DNA of 64,000 nucleotides from an uncultured Planctomycetota bacterium (GTDB lineage Bacteria > Planctomycetota > Phycisphaerae > Tepidisphaerales > Tepidisphaeraceae), in the NCBI GenBank assembly GCA_963841915.1, contig CAWJEN010000006.1, positions 992,001 through 1,056,000 on the forward strand, in the 5' to 3' direction. Under the pieces are notes generated by a model, which was given only the letters and a program-made list of their open reading frames with translations, searched no databases and had not been told where the DNA came from. The number at the start of each line of letters is the position of its first letter. Position 1 is the first letter of the stretch. Shown piece by piece: positions 40,545-52,013 of the stretch. The translations under genes and the position numbers were made by a program.

Positions 40545-40964
40545 TCAATCGGCTTCCTCTGCCGCGACGACAGCCTCAGCTTCAAGCTCGACCTTTGCCT
40601 CCGGATGGGCTAGCGCCGCGACCGCGACCTGCGTCAGGCACGGGCGAACGCTCCACTCGTCGACGATCATTTCTTTAAACGATCGACCAACTTCGTCGAC
40701 GTCGTTGATGTTGGTCACGTATCCACGGACGTGGACGAGGTCGCTGCCGGTCGCTTTGCACTTGCCAAGGGCTGACAGAATGATGCGGATGGCGCGTCGG
40801 GCCTGACCCTCTGCGGTGTCGGCGAGGCTGCCGTCTTCTTCAATGCCGAGCGTTCCGGCGACGTGGATGTGCGCGCCGACGCGAACCGCTCGGCTGTAGC
40901 CGTACTTTTCTTCCCAAGCGTTGCCGGTAGTGACGGTGGTGCGTGAGTTGTCGCGGCGGGGCAT
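40545..40964 (-). CDS. RidA/YjgF family protein
   Basis: WEEKYGYSRAVRVG..IHVAGT, RPCLTQVAVAAL, KVELEAEA. Confidence 0.88.
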   Translation of the reverse strand: MPRRDNSRTTVTTGNAWEEKYGYSRAVRVGAHIHVAGTLGIEEDGSLADTAEGQARRAIRIILSALGKCKATGSDLVHVRGYVTNINDVDEVGRSFKEMIVDEWSVRPCLTQVAVAALAHPEAKVELEAEAVVAAEEAD

Positions 40965-41012
40965 GACAATAGAGTAGTGGCCGCGGCAGTATCTGCGTGA
41001 CAGGATGCACCC

Positions 41013-42635
41013 ATGCCCGTGGCGTCCGAGTCAGCTTCACCCCCAACCCGCCTGCCGTTGGCGTGGCTGCCACCGCTGATCGGGTTGGTGTACGGCATTG
41101 TCTGCACGCTGTGGCTGATCCGCCTGCCCCAATGGACCAAGGCCGACGCCGATGAGCCTATCAACGTCGGCAAGGCTCGACTCGTTCGCGCCGGCTTCGA
41201 CCTGTACGCCGAAATCTGGTCCGATCAGCCGCCGTTGTTCACGTGGGTGCTGGCCGGCTTCGAGCACGTCGCGGGCGTGGGCCTGACGGATGACGCGTCT
41301 CGCGGCCGCCTGGTCGTGTTGGGCTTCTCGGTGATGCTCCTGACAGCCGTCTGCTTCGCCGCACGGCGGGTGGCGATCGAGGCGAATCAACAAGTCGGCC
41401 GACTCGCCGTTGCAGCCGCGACACTCTTGGCCGCAGCCCTGCTCATCGGCTCGGCCCAGTACCTGCGGCTGTCAGCCACCATCATGATCGGCCTGCCCGC
41501 TTTGTCGCTGGCCATGACGGGCATGATCTGCCTGTGGTTCGCCGGATACACGACGTCAAAAGCACGTTCGTTTGCGCTGGCTGCAATGGGTGGTGGCCTC
41601 TTCGCCGCCGGGCTGATGGTGAAGCTGAACGTGTTTCTGCTGCTCCCGGGCGTGGTCGCCCTGCTCGTACTCGGCGACCGCCGGCGGTGGCGGTTGGCCG
41701 CGTTCACAACCGCAGCAGGCGTCGTGCTTGCCGCATGCGGTGCAGCCCTGTCGTCGTCGAGTGACAACGGCGGCATGGAACTCGTCGATCAGCTCATCCG
41801 CCCGCACATGACCACCGTCACCGGTGAGGCCCCACCGCCTGACACCGCCGCCAATGATGTGTCTGCCGAGAGCGGCCAGATCTTCGTCAATCTCCAGCGC
41901 ATCGGCATCATCCTGACGCGTGACGTCGCCACCATCTGCCTAGCGCTGCTCACCATGGTCGCACTGCTTCGCACGAAGTTTCGCACGCTGCTTCCGGCGA
42001 CCTACGGGTTGATTTCCGCCTGTCTGGCCGTTGTCGCGGCGGCGCTGGTCCTGCTTCCGTTCGCCAGTCCGGTGTGGCTGCACCACATGACGATTGCAAC
42101 GGTCCCAGTTGCCATTGTCGCTGCCTGCGGCGTTGCTGTTCTCGTCGCTTCGCCGCCGATCTTCACACGTTCAACAAGGATCATGTCAAAGGTTGCCTTG
42201 GTGGCGACGCTGGTCATCGGCATCTACCGCATTGCGGTCACTGTCGACGAGCATGGTCGCGGCGTGGCGTCGCAGCCGAAGTACGAACTGCTTCAGGCAC
42301 TCAAGTCGGCTCGGAACGTGTCGGGTACGGGTTTTGGGTTCGGCGACGATCCGAACCTGCTCTTTGCCGCCGGTCGCCTGCCGTATCCCGAGGCGGCGGT
42401 GCCGTCCCTGAAGCGACGAAGCCGCGGGCTCATGAGCGACGCGATGATCCTCAACCTCATCGAGGAGAACCGGCCGGACATCATCACACTCGGGCGATTC
42501 GACTACGGCCCAACGCTCCTCGAGGCGGTCGATCGCGACTACGAACGCCTCATCGGCCCGGTGCCGAACACGCGCAGGCGAGACGTCGGCACGCTCTACA
42601 TCCGGCGAGACCTCGAGCTGCGTCAATCACCCTGA
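41013..42635 (+). CDS. Polytopic GT-C (ArnT/PMT-like) membrane protein
   Basis: DADE after TM1, LYAEIWSDQPP, LMVK; more than 10 TM helices. Confidence 0.7.
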   Translation: MPVASESASPPTRLPLAWLPPLIGLVYGIVCTLWLIRLPQWTKADADEPINVGKARLVRAGFDLYAEIWSDQPPLFTWVLAGFEHVAGVGLTDDASRGRLVVLGFSVMLLTAVCFAARRVAIEANQQVGRLAVAAATLLAAALLIGSAQYLRLSATIMIGLPALSLAMTGMICLWFAGYTTSKARSFALAAMGGGLFAAGLMVKLNVFLLLPGVVALLVLGDRRRWRLAAFTTAAGVVLAACGAALSSSSDNGGMELVDQLIRPHMTTVTGEAPPPDTAANDVSAESGQIFVNLQRIGIILTRDVATICLALLTMVALLRTKFRTLLPATYGLISACLAVVAAALVLLPFASPVWLHHMTIATVPVAIVAACGVAVLVASPPIFTRSTRIMSKVALVATLVIGIYRIAVTVDEHGRGVASQPKYELLQALKSARNVSGTGFGFGDDPNLLFAAGRLPYPEAAVPSLKRRSRGLMSDAMILNLIEENRPDIITLGRFDYGPTLLEAVDRDYERLIGPVPNTRRRDVGTLYIRRDLELRQSP

Positions 42636-43306
42636 GCGTGGGGCCGTTTGCGATAGGTCGCACGGCATCGCCTGACGATCGGCTGCTCAGGGTCCTGCAT
42701 CACGTCGAATTGCTCAGCAGACAAGGCGTCGTGAAGCGGCAACAGATCCTCTCGCGTCAGCGGCCACGGCGGCCCGTCCTCCGGTTCGTCCGGCTCACGG
42801 AGCCGACAGATCACAATCAGTCGCCCTTCGACGCGCAGCCACGTGGGTAAAAGATGGACAATCTGCGACCGGATCGGATCGCGAACCGCCTGCAGCGTGT
42901 AGGACTCCACGATCAGATCGAACCGGCCCAGCCAAGTAGCAGGCGGCGCGGCTGCGTCGGCAACCTGGTAATCGACCCGCGACTCAGGCCACCGCCGACG
43001 GCACCAGTGGACGGCGGTAGGTGACAGGTCGAACGCCGTCACCTCGTAGCCCGCTGCCGCAACGGCTTCGGCATCGTCACCGAGTCCGCACCCGACGACG
43101 AGGCCACGGCCGCCGCGTGGCGATGCACCATCTAACCACTCGACCAGCAAAGGGTTTGGCCGATTGTCCGCCCAAGGCACCTGCACGTCGTCACCGTTTG
43201 CCGCTCGGTAAAGCGGCTCGAACCAGGCAGCCGAATCCCCAGACGACGCGGCCTGACGCCCCAGCAGGCGAGCACGCTCGCGGCCGACGTCTGATTCTTC
43301 GTGCAT
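42623..43306 (-). CDS. Class I SAM-dependent methyltransferase (TPMT-like)
   Basis: WFEPLY, VPWAD, LVVGCGLGDDA, FDLSPTA, GPPWPL. Confidence 0.85.
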   Translation of the reverse strand: MHEESDVGRERARLLGRQAASSGDSAAWFEPLYRAANGDDVQVPWADNRPNPLLVEWLDGASPRGGRGLVVGCGLGDDAEAVAAAGYEVTAFDLSPTAVHWCRRRWPESRVDYQVADAAAPPATWLGRFDLIVESYTLQAVRDPIRSQIVHLLPTWLRVEGRLIVICRLREPDEPEDGPPWPLTREDLLPLHDALSAEQFDVMQDPEQPIVRRCRATYRKRPHAQGD

Positions 43307-43349
43307 GGTCTACCTCCGCGGTAGTTGAAGGGGTCTGCAGTACTAGCTC

Positions 43350-43775
43350 TCAGTCCATGTCATCGACGTCGCCCTTGCGGTCCATCGCCAGATTCGCCAG
43401 ACGATCGGCGAGCTTGTTCTGGTCGCGAAGCTTGTGCACGTACGACACACTGCCGACCTCACCCGCGGCGGCTACGGCTTTGAGGTACAACGGCTTAAGG
43501 TTCTCGTTCCGCACTCGGTACTGCCCCTTCATCTGCTTGATCACAAGCTCGCTGTCTCCGCGGACAGTTACCTCGTCGGCACCGAGTTCGACCGCCTTCT
43601 CCAGGGCGAAGACGAGGCCGCTGTACTCGGCGACGTTGTTCGTCGCCCGGCCGACGTAACGACCTGCGGTGACGAGCGGCGTCGATTCGTCACGCGCGTC
43701 GCGGATCACGGCACCAAAGCCGGCGGGTCCGGGGTTGCCACGAGACCCGCCGTCAAATTCAACGATCAGATGCAT
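43350..43775 (-). CDS. rnhA: Ribonuclease HI family protein
   Basis: FDGGSRGNPGPAG, TNNVAEY, GDSELVIKQM, NKLADRLAN. Confidence 0.9.
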   Translation of the reverse strand: MHLIVEFDGGSRGNPGPAGFGAVIRDARDESTPLVTAGRYVGRATNNVAEYSGLVFALEKAVELGADEVTVRGDSELVIKQMKGQYRVRNENLKPLYLKAVAAAGEVGSVSYVHKLRDQNKLADRLANLAMDRKGDVDDMD

Positions 43776-43792
43776 GAAGCAGCCTAAGCCGC

Positions 43793-44980
43793 TCAGGCGA
43801 CCGGCGTCGGCTCAGCATCGGGCAGAACTGTCGGTTGGCTCGGGACCCGATCCGTTACATCTTCCGTGGGATCGCCCAATGCACCCGAAGGCGACGCATC
43901 GGCCGACACGACGGCAACGCCGTTGTCATCAAGCTCGATCACATCAAGCTCCAGCTCAAGATCGGCGGCCTGCATACGGCCGGAGATGAGCTTGGCGTAG
44001 GTGTCGCGGCTGGCTACCGTCAGCGGGCCCACGGCGTCTTCGACACCAGCAACGCGCACCTCGACATCAACCGTCGGCTGACCCTCGACTTGGGCCGCAC
44101 GCATGGATTCGGCGGCGGCGGTCGTGAGCACACGCTTGACATCCGCTGGCACGCCCTTGCGGTCCTTGCGAGCCGGGGCCTTCTTCGTGGTCTTCTTACG
44201 AGTGGCCCGCTTGGCCGTCTTCTTCTTCTGCCGGACGGCCATTTCGGGCGTCAAATCCTGTGGGATGTACAACATGCGACCGCAGCCGGGGCACGTGACG
44301 ATGTCGTCCCGCGTCTTAAGGCGGTTGTAAACGTCCACCACCAGCTCCATGTTGCAGGCGGTGCAGTAGTAGCGCTCCTCTTTGCCGTCGATGTGACCGA
44401 TGGGAGCAAGGGCTTCGCCCTCATAATTGTCAGCCAGTCGATCGTAGGAGCCGGCAAGTTCACCCGGCAACTGCGACGCCGCCTCGTCACGCTTCGGCTG
44501 AAGCTCGTCGATATTGGCCTGCAGCTCGGCAGTGCGGTCGCCGATCTCGGCCTCGGCGGCCTTGGCCTTCTCTGCCTCAACCTTGGCTTGCTCACGCTGC
44601 TCGATCTCAAGCTTCTGCAGGTTCTCGATCTCCGTCGCTTGAGCGACGCCTTCTTCTTCGATCCGCTCGCGCTCTGCCTTCTGCGTGTTGAGCTGCTGGA
44701 GCAATGCCTGGTACTGGCGGTGGTTCTTTGCTTCTTGCTGTTGAAGGCGGAGGTGCTCGATGCCCTCGTCGCGATACTTCAGATCGCCTTCGAGCTCCAT
44801 GCCCTTGGCCTTGAGGTGCTGAAGCTTGTCGTGCGTGTCAGACAGGCTCTGCAGGGCAAGATCGGCCCGCTTCTTCTGCACGCGAACGCCTCGGGTGGCC
44901 CGATCAAGCTCATCCTTGGCAAGGCGGAGTTCGCCGTCGGCGTGGAACAGTCGCAGGAGTGCTTCGTTGGTGGGACCCAT
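43793..44980 (-). CDS. Coiled-coil + C4 zinc-ribbon protein (DUF164-like) with Lys-rich C-terminal extension
   Basis: Long coiled coil, CTACNM...CPGCGRMLY; adjacency to RNase H is typical of this family. Confidence 0.8.
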   Translation of the reverse strand: MGPTNEALLRLFHADGELRLAKDELDRATRGVRVQKKRADLALQSLSDTHDKLQHLKAKGMELEGDLKYRDEGIEHLRLQQQEAKNHRQYQALLQQLNTQKAERERIEEEGVAQATEIENLQKLEIEQREQAKVEAEKAKAAEAEIGDRTAELQANIDELQPKRDEAASQLPGELAGSYDRLADNYEGEALAPIGHIDGKEERYYCTACNMELVVDVYNRLKTRDDIVTCPGCGRMLYIPQDLTPEMAVRQKKKTAKRATRKKTTKKAPARKDRKGVPADVKRVLTTAAAESMRAAQVEGQPTVDVEVRVAGVEDAVGPLTVASRDTYAKLISGRMQAADLELELDVIELDDNGVAVVSADASPSGALGDPTEDVTDRVPSQPTVLPDAEPTPVA

Positions 44981-46126
44981 CGTGTGCAGTCGGTGGTTTT
45001 CGTCGTCGGACAACGCGGCCGGCGGCAAAGTGCCGCGGCCGTTGCGTTGAGTTGCGGGCAGTGAGTGTAGCCCGCCTGCTGGCGTTTCGCATGCATGCAG
45101 CGAGAAGAAGCCTCTCCGCCAACCGCTCATAAGGTTCAATCGGGTGAAAAGCCACGAGGTTCATCGGCACATTACGTGCTGAAACGGCCATCGGCCGCCA
45201 GGCTTGCAGCTGTGCGATGTCAGGGGTCGATCGCTCGCTAGCGACCGTTTCGGAAGCGAAAGCCGGATCAAATTGTCGCGCGACGTCACCCCAGGCGTCG
45301 CACGGAGCATCGTGCGTCTCAACATGAGAAGCGGCGGCGTCGGGCGGCGCACGCACCCCACAGGCTTAGAGCTTGAGCAAAGCGACGGCAACGCAGCCAC
45401 TTTGGTTCGATCCAGGAAGAGCTAAGCGGCCGTAGCCCCGGCTTGTGTCAGTCAACAGAGTCGGCAGTCGCTCGCGTCAGCAACAGATGGACCTCGCGGT
45501 CGGCATCCTCCAGTCTTGCAGTAGGCGAACGGTGCGAATGCCCGTGACTGAAACGGGTTCAACTTTCGTCGCCTGCACCTGGATGCGAAGACGTAGAAGC
45601 AACGAGGAAGCAGCCAGGCGGATGGAGTCGAACGCTCCCCACAGCAAGTACATCGCGTCTCCCAACGTAGTCCACGGTTGCCAAGCCAGTGCCGCAGCCC
45701 GTCACCCGTTTCGACAACTGCCCCTTAGGGAACAGGCGCTTACATGCGCGGAAGACAGAGCCGGATGATGTGCGGCGGCAGGCTCAGCTTCGGGCACGCC
45801 GAAGCTTCCGAAGCCACTCGCCCAATCTGCTCAGGCATCATGTTGTGCAGCTATGAGCGTCGTGAATGCCGGATCGAACGGGAACATCCAATAGCAACCG
45901 ACAGCCTGAAGGTGTGAATAAGCGGGATTCGTGACGATGAGCAACCAGTTCCACAAGAGGCCGACCACCAGCCTGAGCAGCTACTTATTGTTCCATCCGC
46001 TCAACGTCATGCTTCTTCTCACCTCTGCAAGTCCGGCAGGACAAGGCGGTTGAGCTACTCAAGGATCAGTTATCGAGAGGGACGGCGGTCAATGGGTCAG
46101 GCAGAAAGACAAACGATCCGCGCAGC

Positions 46127-46156
46127 AAAAACCCCGCAGCGTGAACTGCGGGGTTT
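46127..46156 (-). terminator. Intrinsic terminator after the 16S gene
   Basis: Minus strand AAACCCCGCAG-TTCACG-CTGCGGGGTTTTT. Confidence 0.75.
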
Positions 46157-46293
46157 CTGTCTCTTGGACAGGAGAATAGTCGGATCGACGACCACCGTGA
46201 GGTGGCCCCATGTGAATGGGCGAGGATGCGCTGACGAGCGTTCTTCACTCGGCGGACGAGTCCGCTTTGCTTCTGAACGTCTACGTAATCCCG

Positions 46294-47784
<1,491 letters not shown>

Positions 47785-48292
47785 TTGTTCTTGATGCAGC
47801 CGACCGAAGCCAACTGCTTAATCTCAAACGTTGAAGGTTTGCCCTTGCCGATCGACTTATAAGGAAATAAGACGACCGGCGATGTGGCAACCGAAGTTGC
47901 CACGGACAAGACTCTAACTTTTTTCTAGCTGGCACGCCGCTTTGGCCGAAGCCTCTACGACGTGTTCTTAACTAAATTGGGGATCACTTGCGTACACGCA
48001 AGGATGTGCTTGTTAGAGCTTTTTTGGAAGGACTCTTGCGAGCCCTTAGATCTATGCCACTTACCATCGCTGGTGAGTGGCCACATCCTCGCGGCGATCC
48101 GACTATTCACCTGTCAAAGAACCTTTCCGCTTCGTCGCGTGCCTTTCGGCGTTGCGTCCGTCGCGGTGGGCAGTGTAGGCGGCTTTGGCTGGTGGTCCAG
48201 TGTCTTGCCGCTTTTTTCTGCCGTCGCCTCCGTCGCGTTGAACTCTGCTGAACAATCTGTTCGGCATTTGTTCCCCGCTGCGGGTGCCGGGA

Positions 48293-48320
48293 AAGATAGG
48301 CCGCCCCTTCCATTCGTCAA
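48293..48320 (-). promoter_or_regulatory. rrn-type sigma70 promoter
   Basis: TTGACG-N16-TATCTT followed by a GC-rich discriminator; boxA-like GTTCTTTGACA at about 48112-48123. Confidence 0.6.
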
Positions 48321-48372
48321 TGGGTGAGGGTCATTTTCCCGCTCCGCATCTTCGCTCCATTCACGCAAACCT

Positions 48373-50007
48373 CTAGCGTTGGCGGCCTTGGGTCTTCTCT
48401 TCCGTTTCGTCATCCTTCCGCCTCGGCCGCAATGTGAGGCGCATCGGCACGTCGCCGAACTCCGTCTCGTCCCTCAGGCGGTTGATCAGGAACCGGCGGT
48501 AGCTCTCGTCGAACAGGTCCGGATCATTCACAAACAACACGACGTGCGGCGGATTCGTCCTGACCTGCGTCGCGTAGAAGACCTTGGGCCGCTTGCGACC
48601 GCCCTTTCCTCCGCCGGGTGTCCGGGCGGCCAGAGCTCGCTCAATCGCTCGATTCAGCTCCCCGGTGCCGATGCGAGACGAAGCTGCCTTGTGCAGGCTC
48701 CTACACGCATCGAGCAAGGCTGCCACATTTCGACCTTCGTTGGCTGAGATGAACGCAATCGGGGCAAATGCCAGTCCGGGCACCTCTGCCTCCAGGTAGT
48801 CCCGGTACTCGTCCATCAGGTCGCCGTCCCTCGGCATCGGTTGCTTGGTGTCTGCCGCCTCGTCGCGACGCAGCTTCCGGGCCAGGTCCCATTTGTTGAC
48901 CACGACGATCGTCGGTTTCATCTCGTCGGCCACGTACTGGCCGAGCTTTTTGTCCGGTTCGCTCACGCGCAGCGTCGCGTCGGTAAGCATCAGCACCACG
49001 TCGGCCCGCCTCACGGAGCGTTGAGCCCGGTGAAAGCTGTAGAATTCGACGTCGGTGCTGACCATGTGCCGCTTCTTCCGCACGCCTGCCGTGTCGATGA
49101 CGGTCATGGTGCGGCCGTCCTTCTCGAAGATCACGTCGACGCTGTCTCGCGTGGTGCCGGCCACTTCGCTGACGATGACGCGGTCTCCGCCGCCCTCTTC
49201 TTCATTGAACAAACGGGCGATCGCATTGACGAGCGTGCTCTTGCCGGCGTTGCGCTTGCCGACGATGGCGATCTTGATGTCCGGCACCGGCGGGTTCCGT
49301 GGTGCGTCGGCCAGTTCGATGTTCTCGCTGATCACGTCGGCGATGCGCCTGACGTTGCGGCCGGTCGTCGCGCTCACCGCCATCGGCGTGCCAAATCCAA
49401 GGCGGCTGAAGTCGGCGATGTTCAGGTCGTACTTCTCACCGTCGGCCTTGTTGGCAATCGGAACCACAGGCCGCCCGGTCCGGCGAAGCAGGTCAGAGAT
49501 CATCTCGTCGCCCGCCAGCGGCCCCGTGTGGGCGTCGAGCAGGAAGAACATCAGGTCCGCCCGCTTCATGGCCGTCTCAACCTGGTCCTTAATGTGCTGC
49601 GTCAGGCCTTGGGAGTCCTCGAACCCGTAGCCGCCCGTGTCGACGAGTTGCACCCAACGCGGGCCGTCGTCGGTGTCGATTTCAAGCGGAATGCTAACGC
49701 GGTCGCGCGTCACGCCCGGTTGATCCTGCACGATGGCTACGCGCTTGCGGACAAGGGCGTTCAACAGCGACGACTTGCCGACGTTGGGCCGACCGACAAT
49801 GGCAACCGTCGGGTACCGGATGGGCGGCGGCAAGTCCTCGGGCGGCATGTCGTCGGCCGCGTCTTCGTCCAGCAGGTCATCCTCGGATAACGAAGCGTCA
49901 TCCTCCGACAACGAAACGTCATCCTCGGGCAATGCCGCATCAGGCACTTCCGGTGCCTCCGCAGTGTCGTCTTGGTCTTGCGTCAGATCGGGCTCGGCAA
50001 CGGACAT
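48373..50007 (-). CDS. der: Ribosome biogenesis GTPase Der
   Basis: Two GTPase domains (GRPNVGKSS/VTRD/DTGG/NKAD and GKRNAGKST/TTRD/DTAG/NKWD) plus a KH-like C-terminus. Confidence 0.95.
   Translation of the reverse strand: MSVAEPDLTQDQDDTAEAPEVPDAALPEDDVSLSEDDASLSEDDLLDEDAADDMPPEDLPPPIRYPTVAIVGRPNVGKSSLLNALVRKRVAIVQDQPGVTRDRVSIPLEIDTDDGPRWVQLVDTGGYGFEDSQGLTQHIKDQVETAMKRADLMFFLLDAHTGPLAGDEMISDLLRRTGRPVVPIANKADGEKYDLNIADFSRLGFGTPMAVSATTGRNVRRIADVISENIELADAPRNPPVPDIKIAIVGKRNAGKSTLVNAIARLFNEEEGGGDRVIVSEVAGTTRDSVDVIFEKDGRTMTVIDTAGVRKKRHMVSTDVEFYSFHRAQRSVRRADVVLMLTDATLRVSEPDKKLGQYVADEMKPTIVVVNKWDLARKLRRDEAADTKQPMPRDGDLMDEYRDYLEAEVPGLAFAPIAFISANEGRNVAALLDACRSLHKAASSRIGTGELNRAIERALAARTPGGGKGGRKRPKVFYATQVRTNPPHVVLFVNDPDLFDESYRRFLINRLRDETEFGDVPMRLTLRPRRKDDETEEKTQGRQR
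49876..49938. repeat. 21-bp imperfect tandem repeat x3 in the der 5' extension
   Basis: GTCATCCTC-led units encoding AALPEDD/VSLSEDD/ASLSEDD. Confidence 0.7.
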
Positions 50008-50029
50008 GCCCGAGTCTATCGCAATTTAG

Positions 50030-51061
50030 TTATTGGAAGCCGCCGAACAGGACGATCGGGCCTGAAGGCACGGCCACGCCGCCGGCCGGCTCAAGGCTGA
50101 CGGCAATCCCGCCGAGCGATTCGGGCAACTCCTGCAGCGCCTGCACGTTGAGCGTGCCGCTACCCGTCTCATCGACCTTGAACGTCCCCAGCGGAACCGG
50201 ACCGCCTTTACCGACGATTGCCCACGCCTGGTACGTCTGCTCCGCAGCCGGCGGCGTGAGATTGCCCACGTCCAGCCGCAGCCTGCCTTCGCCGCGGCTC
50301 AAGACCACGTTGCCCGTCGCCTGACGCCTGGCTTCAGTACCTTCCAAGCTCGCCAGGAGCGTTTCAGGGATCATTGCCAGCCGAACCGCGTCGTTGGCAG
50401 CCGCGACCTGCGTCGAAAGCTCATCCAGCTGATTTTCAGCGTCGGCGAACTGTCCTCGAAGCTGGCCGACCCGGTCACGCAGCCGTCCGACCTCTGCTTG
50501 AAGCAGTTCGACAGCCGTGCCCTGGTTCTCCGCCAGCACATTGGCCTCACGAAGGGATTGCTGGGCGGCGTCGAGTTCAAGTTCAGCTTCCGCTGCCGCA
50601 GCAGCCCTCGCATCACGGGCGTCGCGTACCAGCACAAGATCGCCCTGCAGTTGTTCAACAATTTCTGTGAGCGTGTCAGCCTCCTGACGTGAGACTGCCA
50701 ACTGCCTGCTCGTCGAACTCGACCGCACCAGCAGGAAGGTCGAGAGCCCCAAAAGGCCCACCACGAGCAACGCCGCCACGGCCGGTAGCCACCATCGCGT
50801 CAACGGAACGGTGGACTTCCGCGTGCTGATTTGCCCGCGAAGTCGCTGCCATTGCATCTGTGTCACGCGGGCCGGCTGCGGCGCGTTGGCCAACGCGGCG
50901 GCGACCGCCTGGGCTTCTGCGAAGGCTGCGACTGCACGCGGATCGCCTGACTCCAACAGGCCCACGGCCTGATGCACCTCGGCCTCGTCGGCAAGTTCGG
51001 TAGCGTAGAGCAGCATCAATTCGCTCAGCTCCATCGGGGTTCGGGCTTTGTCATACATCAA
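50030..51061 (-). CDS. Anti-sigma factor, RskA family
   Basis: N-terminal anti-sigma domain, one TM helix, coiled coil, YQAW...PVPLG...IAVSLEPAGG..PSGP. Confidence 0.85.
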   Translation of the reverse strand: MMYDKARTPMELSELMLLYATELADEAEVHQAVGLLESGDPRAVAAFAEAQAVAAALANAPQPARVTQMQWQRLRGQISTRKSTVPLTRWWLPAVAALLVVGLLGLSTFLLVRSSSTSRQLAVSRQEADTLTEIVEQLQGDLVLVRDARDARAAAAAEAELELDAAQQSLREANVLAENQGTAVELLQAEVGRLRDRVGQLRGQFADAENQLDELSTQVAAANDAVRLAMIPETLLASLEGTEARRQATGNVVLSRGEGRLRLDVGNLTPPAAEQTYQAWAIVGKGGPVPLGTFKVDETGSGTLNVQALQELPESLGGIAVSLEPAGGVAVPSGPIVLFGGFQ

Positions 51062-51723
51062 GCCATCTCCTCCCCCGGCCGATGGCCGAACAACGCGCTT
51101 CTGATCTTCAAAAGGCCACGACGAATGTGTCCTTTCACAGTTCCAATCGGCGTTCCGGTCAGCTCGGCGATTTCCTTGTGAGTCAGACTGTCGTAAAACG
51201 CTAATTCTAGCGAACGCCTTTGGGCGTCCGGTAGCGTGTCCAGCGCTCCCAGAACAGCCTGTCGCAGTTCGTCCTGCTCGGCAGGATCGCCCGCTGGTTG
51301 ATCCGACTTCTCAGACGGAAGATGCCCTTCGTAGGGCACAGTTTGATGATCACGGCGTCGCAGGCGATCGAGACATCGACTGCGGGTGATCAATAGCAGA
51401 TACGAACGTGGACGGCCGCGGGATGCCGAGAATCTCGAACATTTCTCCCACACCTCCAGAAACACCTCGTTGACCGCGTCTTCGGCCTCGTGCTGATCCC
51501 TCAACATCCGCCGGGCCAGCCCCAGCATGAGCGGGCCGTGACGATGGAACAACGTTTCGAGCGCACTTACATCTCCGGCCACCATGCCGTCGAACAGTTG
51601 ATGATCGTCCCTGGCGTCTTCCACGTCTTCCGCGACCTTGCCGCGGGGGCAGCCTACACAAAGCAGGACGTTTGGGAAGGTCCAGCTTAGCCGACCGGCT
51701 AAGAGTGCAATGACGGCGGGCAC
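51058..51723 (-). CDS. ECF sigma factor (SigK-like); true start probably near 51624
   Basis: AEDAVNEVFLEVW, ITRSRCLDRLR, LAFYDSLTHKEIA...PIGTVKGHIRRGL; coupled to the RskA gene. Confidence 0.88.
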   Translation of the reverse strand: MPAVIALLAGRLSWTFPNVLLCVGCPRGKVAEDVEDARDDHQLFDGMVAGDVSALETLFHRHGPLMLGLARRMLRDQHEAEDAVNEVFLEVWEKCSRFSASRGRPRSYLLLITRSRCLDRLRRRDHQTVPYEGHLPSEKSDQPAGDPAEQDELRQAVLGALDTLPDAQRRSLELAFYDSLTHKEIAELTGTPIGTVKGHIRRGLLKIRSALFGHRPGEEMA

Positions 51724-52013
51724 GTCGCTTCCGTGCGTCCCACTAAGCTGCGGACGGACACCCTCGAGGTCAGCGAAGCCCCTTACGCCCCCTGAATCGG
51801 GTTGAGCAAGACCCCGAAAGGCGATCGCGTTTTGTCCCTTTGCCGCGCGTCTGCCCTAGCGTATGTTGCGTACTCATGGTGCAGGAGATCCCGATTCGAT
51901 CGGCAGGTCTCGGCAGTATTACTGCGTCGCCTGTGTGGGTGACAAGTGACATGAGAAGACACCTACGGATCGTCGTGCCGCACGGGCTCGGCACCGGAAT
52001 GCGGAGAAATAGC

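Noticed and set aside
45000..46120. 1.1-kb gap upstream of the zinc-ribbon gene: ncRNA (rnpB, ssrA) or CDS
   Set aside because: I found no RNase P, tmRNA or tRNA signatures, only short interrupted frames.
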